From IMG/VR virus record IMGVR_UViG_3300039308_000030: a stretch of DNA of 36,926 nucleotides; one strand, 5' to 3'. The DNA comes from a virus. Taxonomy: Duplodnaviria; Caudoviricetes. Below the pieces are notes generated by a model, which saw only the letters and a program-made list of their open reading frames with translations, did not search any database and was not told the DNA's origin. The position numbers and the translations under genes were made by a program. This document shows positions 8,676 through 16,910 of the stretch, piece after piece (the stretch's first letter is position 1; the number at the start of each line of letters is the position of its first letter).

Positions 8676-9139
8676 GCGACGATGTCGAGCAAGTCGAAGG
8701 CGTCGAGGAGCCCGCCGACGGCGGCGTCGGCCACCTGAACCCCGTCTACTTCCGCGCGCTCGTCGCGGCCATCGAGGAGCAGGTCGCGCTTCGCAACGAG
8801 GTGAACCAGCGGATCCGCGACTTTCGCGCGGGTGCCAAGGATCGCGGCATCAACATGAAGGCGCTCTCGGAGCTGCTGAAGCGCCGGGCGATGGATTCGC
8901 GCACCCGCGACGACTTCGACGAGAGCCTGGCGATTTACGAGGCTGTCGCGGGGCTGACCCCCGGCCTGATCGCCGGCGGCGAATTGCGCGCGCAGCCGCA
9001 GCGGGTGCTGACCGGCGCGACGGGAGCGAAGGGGCGGGCGCTTCAGGAAGCGCTCGCGTGGGCAGGATGTGGGGGGAGCGTGGCGCTTTCCGTGCCGTCC
9101 CCAGCCAACCAACCGGGGGACACTGTTGTCACAGAGTGA
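8672..9139 (+). CDS. GapR-like (DUF2312) DNA-binding protein
   Basis: AIEEQ..NQRIRDFRAGAKDRGINMKALSELLKRRAMD..RDDFDESLAIYE matches the GapR pattern. Confidence 0.8.
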   Translation: MSDDVEQVEGVEEPADGGVGHLNPVYFRALVAAIEEQVALRNEVNQRIRDFRAGAKDRGINMKALSELLKRRAMDSRTRDDFDESLAIYEAVAGLTPGLIAGGELRAQPQRVLTGATGAKGRALQEALAWAGCGGSVALSVPSPANQPGDTVVTE

Positions 9140-10766
9140 AGTCATTGACGTGTCGCCGGCGGACCCGGCGCAGCTGGCGTGGAAGGAGCTCAGCGACCTC
9201 GGCAATGCCGAGCGGCTCGAGGCGCGATATCGCGGTCGCCTGGTCCATGTCGAAGGGCGGGGCTGGATGGCCTTTGCCGACACGCACTGGTCGGCCGAGA
9301 TCGGTGAAGTGCTGGCGCACAAGGCCGCCCATTCGGTCGCACGCGCCATGCGCGAGGAGATCGCCGCGCTGGCCGAAGCGATCGCCGAGCGGCGGCTGCC
9401 CCCGAACCTGAACGAGGAGATCGCGAAGGAGCGGCTGCTCAACCTGCGCCGCTGGTCGGTGATGAGCGGCAACGCCAACAAGACGGGGGCGATGCTGAAC
9501 CAGGCGTCGAACCTGATGTGCGCGCGGCGCGACGAATTCGACAGCGAGCCGCTGGCCATCAACTGCCGCAACTTCACGCTGCGCGCCGTCCAGGACCGGC
9601 AGGGCAAGTGGTCGATCCGCAAGGCGCCGCACGATCCGACTGACATGATCAGCCGCGTTGCCGATGTGGATTACGATCCGGACGCCACCTGTCCCTTGTG
9701 GGAGGAGCGGCTGACGGTCGTTCTGCCCGACCCGGAGGTGCGCAAGTTCTTCCGCCAGTGCGTCGGCTATGCGCTGACCGGGCTGACGCGCGAGCAGTGC
9801 ATCTTCCTGCTGCAGGGGCGCGGCGGCGACGGCAAGTCGACGACGATGGACGAGCTGCGCGGGCTGATGGGCGGATATGCCGTCGCCTGCGACGTCCAGA
9901 CCTTCATGGCCGGGGCGATGCGCAGCGGCGCGGACGCCTCGCCCGACCTGGCGCGATTGGCTGGCGACGTGCGCCTGGTGTCGACCGGGGAACCGCGGCG
10001 CGGCGGGCAGCTCGACGAAGCGAAGATCAAGTCGATCACCGGCGGGTCGCCGATCGCGGCGCGCGGGCTTCACGAAGATTTGTTCGAATATGTGCCCGGC
10101 TTCAAGCTGTTCCTGGAATGCAATGCCAAGCCGCGGATCAGCGGTGACGACGACGGCATCTGGCGGCGGATCGTCGTCATCATGTTCCCGCATCAATTTG
10201 GCGCTGGAAGCCGCTCGGGCTCGCCGCCGCACACCAACCCTGGCGATCCCGAGCGGGAAGAGGCTGCCCGGCGCTGGGATCGACCGGATAAAGCGATCAA
10301 GGACAAGCTGGCGGCCGAGCGGCCCGGCATCCTCAACTGGGCGCTTGCCGGCATGCTGGAATGGCTCGAGGCCGGCGAGCTGGTGCCGCCCAAGGCGGTG
10401 GTCGAGGCGGTGGAGGACTACCGGCGTGGTGCCAACCCTTTTGGTGAGTGGATGGCAGAGCGGGTCGACACGTCGGATCCGAATTCGCTCATCCTCGCCG
10501 CTGATCTGTACGCCGACTACAAAAAGTGGTGCGAAGACCAAGGGGTCGGCGATCGCGACGTGATGACGTCCACGGCGTTCGGTCGTTCGTTGGGTGATCG
10601 CCAAATCCTGAAGGGGCCGCGCGATGGCGCGGGTCGCGTCCGTCGAAGAGGGGCGCGGCTTCGCAACGGGCAAGATCCGCGCAGCAACGGGAATATCGAT
10701 GTGGCAGGCGAGATGCTCGAGTCCCGCATCTCCCAACGCTTCGACGGCGATGAGGATGTCCCATGA
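9126..10766 (+). CDS. P4-family/D5-like SF3 helicase with C-terminal winged helix
   Basis: SDLGNAERL D5-N motif; Walker A GRGGDGKST; KSITGG; GIWRRI; start TTG 9126 after GGGGGA (start uncertain). Confidence 0.92.
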   Translation: MSQSEVIDVSPADPAQLAWKELSDLGNAERLEARYRGRLVHVEGRGWMAFADTHWSAEIGEVLAHKAAHSVARAMREEIAALAEAIAERRLPPNLNEEIAKERLLNLRRWSVMSGNANKTGAMLNQASNLMCARRDEFDSEPLAINCRNFTLRAVQDRQGKWSIRKAPHDPTDMISRVADVDYDPDATCPLWEERLTVVLPDPEVRKFFRQCVGYALTGLTREQCIFLLQGRGGDGKSTTMDELRGLMGGYAVACDVQTFMAGAMRSGADASPDLARLAGDVRLVSTGEPRRGGQLDEAKIKSITGGSPIAARGLHEDLFEYVPGFKLFLECNAKPRISGDDDGIWRRIVVIMFPHQFGAGSRSGSPPHTNPGDPEREEAARRWDRPDKAIKDKLAAERPGILNWALAGMLEWLEAGELVPPKAVVEAVEDYRRGANPFGEWMAERVDTSDPNSLILAADLYADYKKWCEDQGVGDRDVMTSTAFGRSLGDRQILKGPRDGAGRVRRRGARLRNGQDPRSNGNIDVAGEMLESRISQRFDGDEDVP

Positions 10767-11422
10767 GAAAAGGCCGAGTTTACTTTGTCGGCGCACCCGG
10801 CGGTGAAATTAAGATCGGCTATTCTGTCGATCTGCGCCGGCGGCGCAATGAGCTCCAAGTCGGCTCATCCAAGAAAGTGCAAGTTCTAGCCAGCGTTCCG
10901 GGCGGCAGAGAGGAAGAAGCAGCGATGCACCTCCGCTTCCGGCATCTTCATCTGCGAGGAGACTGGTTCGAGCCTGGGCCCGATTTGCTGGCTTACATCT
11001 GGCAAGTGGCTGGGTGGTCTGCCGCTCCAAGCAGACGGGAAGCGGCGTCGATCGATCGCTCCGTGTACGACTTTCGTGAATGGTCAAAGCAGCGAATTGC
11101 TGCCTCCGCACCCGAAAACTGGGTTCAGTCCAGCTTGCTGTGGCGTGATTACCTGACCTGGTGCGATCTGATGGGAATAGCTCCGCGATTTCGCCTGACG
11201 CGTACGGGTTTCGGGCGACAGCTTGGTGCGATGGGCTATTTCCCTCGCAAGGATGGCAGAGGGAACATTCGCCGTCACGGCCTAAGTTTCCGTTTGGACG
11301 AACAGTATCTGAACAGTTCGGCCAAACCATTCGTGCTTTCTGAAGACGACGGTTGCTTATCCACAGAGCGTTTCGTGACGCCACTCCAGAAGTATGAATT
11401 TGGGCCTCTTGGCGCGGGCTGA
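10763..11422 (+). CDS. T5orf172/GIY-YIG domain fused to primase-C-terminal-like winged helix
   Basis: VYFV..IKIGYS..RRNELQVG..E..MHLRF..LRGDWF; C-terminal LWRDYLTWC..TRTGFGRQL. Confidence 0.85.
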   Translation: MRKGRVYFVGAPGGEIKIGYSVDLRRRRNELQVGSSKKVQVLASVPGGREEEAAMHLRFRHLHLRGDWFEPGPDLLAYIWQVAGWSAAPSRREAASIDRSVYDFREWSKQRIAASAPENWVQSSLLWRDYLTWCDLMGIAPRFRLTRTGFGRQLGAMGYFPRKDGRGNIRRHGLSFRLDEQYLNSSAKPFVLSEDDGCLSTERFVTPLQKYEFGPLGAG

Positions 11423-11570
11423 TCTGTTCGTCTGTTCAGAAACGGTTCGTGCCAGATCGTGGCGGAAAACAGCCAAAGCCGAACGGTTCGAACAGATTGA
11501 ACAGTTGGCTTCGTGTTGCCCTCATGTGCGCGCCCACATGTGCGAAAAATAGGCGACCGTCAGTCTGTTC
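11297..11570. repeat. Putative replication origin: GAACAG/CTGTTC iteron cluster
   Basis: GAACAG at 11300, 11311, 11490, 11499; GAACGG at 11481; CTGTTC at 11424, 11432, 11565; CGGTTC at 11443; downstream of helicase. Confidence 0.6.
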
Positions 11571-11594
11571 GTATTTGAAATTGAGGATCGAAGA

Positions 11595-12083
11595 ATGTTG
11601 AAGTGGCAGGAAGTCGAAGAGGAGCTGGTCCAGGCGGTGCGGTTCTACTGGCGATCCGGCCAGCGGGCCGCGGCGGCGCCGAACGGGCGGCCCGGCGGCT
11701 TCGCCACCGATGCGCCCTGGCAGCTGATGACTCGCGAGGGCCGCGCCGACGGCGCCGCGCTCCAGGTGTGGCAGCAGGAGCGCGAGGCCGAGGCGGTTCG
11801 CGAGATGCGCAACCGCCCGCAGGACCTGCCGCTGACCGCCGAGCAGGTGACGTGGATGGAAGGGCGGCTGAGCTGGCTGCTGCTGGTCGGCGACGCGGAC
11901 CGCAAGCTGGTCGAGCTGGCGGTGAAGGCGAAGGCCGGGGGTGCGGGGCGCGTCGACTGGGCGCGGATCCGGGCCAAGCTGCCGATCGAGATCGGGCGCG
12001 TGGGGCTGTACCGGCGCTATGTGCGGGCGCTGCAGGGCGTCGCGAAGGCACTGGATCGCTCGCAATGTGCGTGGGCGGCCTGA
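11595..12083 (+). CDS. Putative late-gene regulator (DUF6362-like)
   Basis: Last early gene before packaging; C-terminal helical DNA-binding-like region (VDWARI..RRYVRALQGVA). Confidence 0.6.
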   Translation: MLKWQEVEEELVQAVRFYWRSGQRAAAAPNGRPGGFATDAPWQLMTREGRADGAALQVWQQEREAEAVREMRNRPQDLPLTAEQVTWMEGRLSWLLLVGDADRKLVELAVKAKAGGAGRVDWARIRAKLPIEIGRVGLYRRYVRALQGVAKALDRSQCAWAA

Positions 12084-12281
12084 AGAATGGCCGATTTCCG
12101 CCATGCAAGGTCGTCAAGGTGCAAGATTGCGAAGAGCGAAAATATAGGCTGTTCACCTTGCACCCCCGAAAGTGGCACCAAGTCGATAGGCTTGGCGAAG
12201 CTGTGAGCCGATGATGTCGGCGACCCCTTCGGCTGAGCGGCGGTGCCTAGCATCGCGACGCCGGGCGGAGCTGCCAGGCAT

Positions 12282-12330
12282 GCGGGACGGGCTGCCCTCC
12301 ACATCCGGAAGGCCCGTCCCGCTTTACATT
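12282..12330 (+). terminator. Hairpin/terminator in late leader
   Basis: 11-bp stem GCGGGACGGGC/GCCCGTCCCGC followed by TTTACATT. Confidence 0.5.
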
Positions 12331-12341
12331 CGGGTGATGCA

Positions 12342-12671
12342 ATGGCGAGGCTGAGCGCTCCGCCGTCGCGGCTAACCGCGCAGCCGTTGCGGTTGCGGCA
12401 GCCGCCGAAGAGTGCGGAGCCTTTCTATTCCTCGGCCGAGTGGCGGCGATTGGTCGCAAGGCGGAAGTTGGATCGCGATTACTTCGAAGCGCTGAGCCGG
12501 GCGAAGTCGGGCGAGCGGTTGATCCTCGACCATGTGCGCGAGCGCAAGGATGGCGGGGCCGACCTCGACCCGGCGAACACCGAGTGGCTCACGTTCAGCG
12601 AGCACCAAGCGAAGACGGCGAAGGCGAAGGCTCGGCGCGCGCGTGGCCAGGGGGGCGGGTCAAAAGTTTAG
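12342..12671 (+). CDS. Packaging-associated HNH endonuclease
   Basis: FYSSAEWRRL, LDHVRERKDGG..LDPAN..L...HQAKT; directly before terminase. Confidence 0.85.
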   Translation: MARLSAPPSRLTAQPLRLRQPPKSAEPFYSSAEWRRLVARRKLDRDYFEALSRAKSGERLILDHVRERKDGGADLDPANTEWLTFSEHQAKTAKAKARRARGQGGGSKV

Positions 12672-12720
12672 AACCGTGGGCTTCCCTGCACCGCCGCCCC
12701 TCTCACGCGGAGATTTTTTT
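12651..12720 (+). other. Probable cos/packaging region
   Basis: GGGGGCGGGTCAAAAGT...ACCGCCGCCCC...GATTTTTTT between HNH and terS, the usual layout in HK97-like cos phages. Confidence 0.55.
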
Positions 12721-12721
12721 C

Positions 12722-13192
12722 GTGGCTGACGGAAATTCGGTGCTGGACCTGTTCGGCGACCCCGTCGAGGAATGCGCCAGAGGCCGCGGGAGGCCCGAAC
12801 ACAAATGGACCCTTCGAAACTCGAACAAGGTCCTGCTGCTGTTCGCTGCGCGCCGCAGCAAGGCTGACGCCGCCGCGGCGATCGGGGTCTCGGTCCGCAC
12901 GTTGGAGAAGCATTATTTTCGCGAGCTGTCGCACCGCCACACGGCGGCGCTGCGGTTCGAGGCCGAGCAGCTGGACCGGCTCAACGAGCAGGCGAAGGCC
13001 GGCAACGTCGGCGCCGAGAAGGAATTGCGAAAGATGCTCGAGCGGTCGGTGCTCGAGCAGCTGCCAAAAAGCATGAAGCCGGCCAAGCCGGAAAAGGTCG
13101 GCAAGAAGCAGCAGCGCAAGATCGACGCGGCCGAACCGCCGAAGTCGAGCTGGGGAGAGCTCCTGGAGGGAAGCGCTGCCGGCAGCGCGTGA
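12722..13192 (+). CDS. terS: Terminase small subunit
   Basis: DLFGDP..GRGRPEH; HTH (IGVSVRTLEKHYF.EL); AKAGNV.A; GKK...WGELL. Confidence 0.85.
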   Translation: MADGNSVLDLFGDPVEECARGRGRPEHKWTLRNSNKVLLLFAARRSKADAAAAIGVSVRTLEKHYFRELSHRHTAALRFEAEQLDRLNEQAKAGNVGAEKELRKMLERSVLEQLPKSMKPAKPEKVGKKQQRKIDAAEPPKSSWGELLEGSAAGSA

Positions 13193-14921
13193 CGGTTGGG
13201 ACTTCGCCTGTCCCGACTGGAAGCAAAGGCTGGAGCGTGGCGACAGCCTGGTCCCCGAGCTGCCGCTTGACGAGAAGGAAGCGGCGCGAGCGATCGCGAT
13301 TTTCAACCGGCTGCGGTTGCCGGACGTGCCGGGAAACCCGGCGCTGGCGGATTCAGGCGGTGAATGGGTGCGCGACCTGGTCGCGCCGCTGTTCGGGTCG
13401 ATCGACGCCGACGGGGTTCGCCATGTCGGCGAGTTCCTGACGCTGGTCCCGAAGAAGAATATCAAGACGACCGGCGGCGCCGGCATCATGCTGACCGCGC
13501 TTCTGGCCGAGGATCCGAAGCTCAGCCGCAACCAGCAGTTCCACCTCTACGGACCGACGCAGCCAATCGCCGAGCTCGCCTTCTGGCAGGCCGTGGGCAT
13601 GATCCGTGCCGACCCGGAAGGCTATCTGCAGAAGCGGTTTCACATCCGCGAGCATTTGAAGTCGATCAAGGATCTGGCGACCGACAACGAGCTAAAGGTC
13701 AAGACGTTCGACATGAAGGTGTCGACGGGAACGATCCCGAAGGGCGTGCTGGTCGACGAGCTGCACATCCTCGGCTCGATGCACTACGCCCAGCGGGTGA
13801 TCGGCCAGATACGCGGCGGGCTGATCACGCGCAGAGATTCGTTCCTGGGCTTCATCACGACGCAATCGGACGAGCCGCCCGCCGGTGCGTTCCGGGCCGA
13901 ACTGATGATGGCGCGGGCGATCCGAGACGGGCGAATGACCGGCAAGGGCGCGCGCATGCTGCCCCTGCTGTACGAATTTCCGGAGGAGGTTCAGACCGGT
14001 GACGTTTGGCGCGAGCCGCGCATCTGGCACCAGGTCAATCCGAACCTGAACTTCTCGGTGACGCTCGACCGGCTCGAAGCCGATTGGGAGCAGGCGCAGG
14101 AAAAAGGCGAGGAGGAGGTGCGGCGCTGGGCGTCGCAGCACCTCAATGTCGAAGTCGGCCTGGCGCTGCACAGCCAGCGCTGGCGCGGCGCCGATCATTG
14201 GCAGGCGGCGGCCGAGCCGAAGACCTGCGGCACGCTGAAGCAACTGCTCGAGCGGTGCGAGGTCGTGGTGGTGTGCGCCGATGGCGGCGGCCTTGACGAC
14301 CTGTTCGGCCTATGCGCCGGCGGCCGCGAAAAGGGCAGCAAGCGCTGGCTGTACTGGCAGCACGCCTGGGCGCTTCGTGATGTGCTGGAGCTGCGCAAGG
14401 AAATCGCGCCGAAGCTGCTGCGGTTCGAGAAGGACGGCGACCTGACCTTGGTCGACAGTGCCGCCGAGATCATCGCCGGCGTGGTCCGGATCGTCGAGCA
14501 GGTGAAGGCGTCCGGGCTGATGCCAGCGAAGGCGGCCGTCGGGGTCGACCCGTTCGGGATCGGCGCGATCGTCGAGGCGCTGGAGGATATCGGCCTGGAG
14601 GTCGGCGAGCCAAATTACCAGGTCGTCCCGGTCGGCCAGGGCAGCAAGCTGAGCTCGGCCGTGTGGAGCATGGAATGGAAGCTGCGCGACGGGATGCTGG
14701 CGCATTCCGGGTCGCCGCTGATGAACTGGTGCGTCGGGAACGCGAAAGCCGAGCAGAGGGGTGACGCCGTGCTGATCACCAAGGAAGCTGCCGGCAAGGC
14801 GAAGATCGACCCGCTGATCGCGACCTTCATGGTCACCAAGCTGCTGGAGGCGAACCCGGAGGCCGGAGACGGGGTAGTCAGCGACGAGCAATGGATCGCC
14901 AGCATGAGAAGTGCGGCGTGA
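13176..14921 (+). CDS. terL: Terminase large subunit (probable CTG start)
   Basis: N-terminal WDFACPDW; Walker A VPKKNIKTT; VDELH; ITTQSD; DGGGLDDL; KIDPLIA. Confidence 0.93.
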   Translation: MPAARDGWDFACPDWKQRLERGDSLVPELPLDEKEAARAIAIFNRLRLPDVPGNPALADSGGEWVRDLVAPLFGSIDADGVRHVGEFLTLVPKKNIKTTGGAGIMLTALLAEDPKLSRNQQFHLYGPTQPIAELAFWQAVGMIRADPEGYLQKRFHIREHLKSIKDLATDNELKVKTFDMKVSTGTIPKGVLVDELHILGSMHYAQRVIGQIRGGLITRRDSFLGFITTQSDEPPAGAFRAELMMARAIRDGRMTGKGARMLPLLYEFPEEVQTGDVWREPRIWHQVNPNLNFSVTLDRLEADWEQAQEKGEEEVRRWASQHLNVEVGLALHSQRWRGADHWQAAAEPKTCGTLKQLLERCEVVVVCADGGGLDDLFGLCAGGREKGSKRWLYWQHAWALRDVLELRKEIAPKLLRFEKDGDLTLVDSAAEIIAGVVRIVEQVKASGLMPAKAAVGVDPFGIGAIVEALEDIGLEVGEPNYQVVPVGQGSKLSSAVWSMEWKLRDGMLAHSGSPLMNWCVGNAKAEQRGDAVLITKEAAGKAKIDPLIATFMVTKLLEANPEAGDGVVSDEQWIASMRSAA

Positions 14922-16189
14922 GCAGCACAGCGGACAAGGGCTGGTTGCAGTCCTTGTGGGACAAAGTGAAGCGCGAATGGACGCTGGACGGCGGTCGATC
15001 GGGCGGTAGCGACCGGGACAATTTCGTCACCAATCGCGTCACGGTCGCTGACTATGACGACGCTGCGGCGTACGGGTCCGTCGCCGCAGTTGGACTTACG
15101 GCAACCTGGGCGTGCGTGACCCTCATCGCCGGCACAATCGCTTCGCTGCCGCTGTTTGTTTACCGAACCGACGCCAAGGGGACGAGAACGGTTGCTCGCG
15201 ACCACTCGCTCTTCGCCCTGCTGCGCGGAAGTCCGAACGCGGACCAGTCGGCGGTCGAATTCTGGGATTTCATGTCGGCTTCCGTCGAGCTGGCGGGGAA
15301 CGGATATGCCCCAATCGATCGGAGCGGCGACCGGATTGTCGCTCTGTCGCCAATCAATCCCGACGGCGTTCGAATTGAGCGGCGCGAGATGGGCCGGCTT
15401 TGGTATCGCTGGTCGGAGGACGGACGGGTTCGCGAGGTTCCGCAGGAGCAGATGCTGCACCTGCGCGGTCCAGGCGGTGGCCCGCTCGGCGGCGCCTCTC
15501 CGTTGGCCAAGTGCCGGCAGGCGTTCAATGCGGCGCTAAGCGCGCAGCATGCCGCAGCGGCGACCTTCAGGAATGGCGTGCGGCCTTCCGGTGTCCTGAC
15601 GCAGGAGGCCCGCTTCTCATCGGCCGAGATCCGGGCCGAAGCCGAGGCATTGATCCAGGAGAAGTTCGTCGGATCGATGAACGCGGGGCGGCCGATGCTG
15701 CTCGATGGTGGGCTGAAGTGGGAGCAGCTGTCGATCAACCCGGAGGATGCTCAACTCCTCGAGACGCGGCGCTTTTCGGTGGAGGAGGTCTGCCGCATCT
15801 TCGGCGTGCCGCCACACATGATCGGCCACAACGAGAAGTCCACGAGCTGGGGCAGCGGTCTCGAGCAGCAAACGATAGGCTTCGTCATCTACACGCTGCG
15901 GCGTCGACTGAAGCGGATCGAGGCGGCGCTCGAAAAGCAACTGCTGACGCCCGCAGAGCGAGCTGCAGGCATGACCATCGAGTTCAACCTCGAAGGCTTG
16001 CTCCGCGGCGACAGCAAGGGTCGCGCGGAATTCTACCGCACAATGACCGGCATCGGCGCGATGACGATCAACGAGGTGCGGGCGAAGGAAAACCTTCCGC
16101 CGGTCACCGGCGGCGATGTCCCGCGCCTGCAGATGCAGAACGTGCCGATCAGTGCGGCCGACCAGAACGCCCTCGGCGAGGAAGAGTGA
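14918..16189 (+). CDS. HK97-family portal protein
   Basis: ACVTLIAGTIASLP, EDAQLLETRRFSVEEVCRIFGVPP, LLRGD, TINEVR. Confidence 0.96.
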   Translation: MSSTADKGWLQSLWDKVKREWTLDGGRSGGSDRDNFVTNRVTVADYDDAAAYGSVAAVGLTATWACVTLIAGTIASLPLFVYRTDAKGTRTVARDHSLFALLRGSPNADQSAVEFWDFMSASVELAGNGYAPIDRSGDRIVALSPINPDGVRIERREMGRLWYRWSEDGRVREVPQEQMLHLRGPGGGPLGGASPLAKCRQAFNAALSAQHAAAATFRNGVRPSGVLTQEARFSSAEIRAEAEALIQEKFVGSMNAGRPMLLDGGLKWEQLSINPEDAQLLETRRFSVEEVCRIFGVPPHMIGHNEKSTSWGSGLEQQTIGFVIYTLRRRLKRIEAALEKQLLTPAERAAGMTIEFNLEGLLRGDSKGRAEFYRTMTGIGAMTINEVRAKENLPPVTGGDVPRLQMQNVPISAADQNALGEEE

Positions 16190-16191
16190 CC

Positions 16192-16863
16192 ATGCTCCTG
16201 ACGAAGAACAGCGCGGCACCGCTCGAGATCAAGGCCGTCGGCGATGCCGGCGAGATCGAGGGCTATGGTTCCATCTTCGGCAACGTCGACAGCTACGGCG
16301 AAGTCGTGATGCCAGGCGCCTTCACGGCGAGCCTTAAAGCGGCGGCGCGGGCAAATCGCACGGTGAAGATGCTGTGGCAGCACTATCCCGATCAGCCGAT
16401 CGGCGTCTGGCACTCGCTCGAAGAGGATTCGAAGGGGCTCTATGTCAAAGGGCGGCTTCTGGTGGATGCCAGCGCCCAAGCGCGCGAGACACACGCACTG
16501 CTCAAGGACGGTGCGCTCGAGGGCCTGTCGATCGGATACCGCCTCGAGAAGTATCAGGAAGACCCGGACCGCCAAGGCGTGATCCAGCTGATGAAGCTGG
16601 ACCTGCGCGAGGTCAGCGTGGTCACCTTCGCGGCCAACGAGAAGGCGCGCGTCGAAGCGGTCAAGCACGTCCTTGCCGCCGGCGGCGTGCCGACGGTGAG
16701 AGAATTCGAGGAGCTCCTGCGGGAGGCAGGCTTCTCCAAGTCCCTGGCGACGGCAATCGCCACCAGGGCAGCGCCATGCCTGCGGGGGGATCCCGACGGT
16801 GAGGCGAGCGCAGCTGTGAAGTTCCTCAAAAGGCTCCACGCGGGGCTCGGAATCTCCGGCTGA
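16192..16863 (+). CDS. HK97-family prohead protease
   Basis: GYGSIFGNVD, MLWQH, GLSIGY, LREVSVVTF. Confidence 0.95.
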   Translation: MLLTKNSAAPLEIKAVGDAGEIEGYGSIFGNVDSYGEVVMPGAFTASLKAAARANRTVKMLWQHYPDQPIGVWHSLEEDSKGLYVKGRLLVDASAQARETHALLKDGALEGLSIGYRLEKYQEDPDRQGVIQLMKLDLREVSVVTFAANEKARVEAVKHVLAAGGVPTVREFEELLREAGFSKSLATAIATRAAPCLRGDPDGEASAAVKFLKRLHAGLGISG

Positions 16864-16910
16864 TCTCGGCGCCGCGGTGGTCGCGGCGTGTCTCTTCGAA
16901 AGGACTGAAC

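Noticed and set aside
9129-10796. Long minus-strand ORFs opposite helicase, capsid, fibre and tail genes (also 16554..17639, 20288..22204, 29197..30315)
   Set aside because: Antisense shadows of well-supported genes in GC-rich DNA; no motifs or RBS
12190-12340. tRNA or known ncRNA in the late leader
   Set aside because: No cloverleaf, T-loop GTTCRA or 3' CCA arrangement found by eye
13189-13440. 83-aa ORF starting at the GTGA overlap with terS
   Set aside because: Out of frame with the conserved TerL N-terminus it overlaps; composition not protein-like
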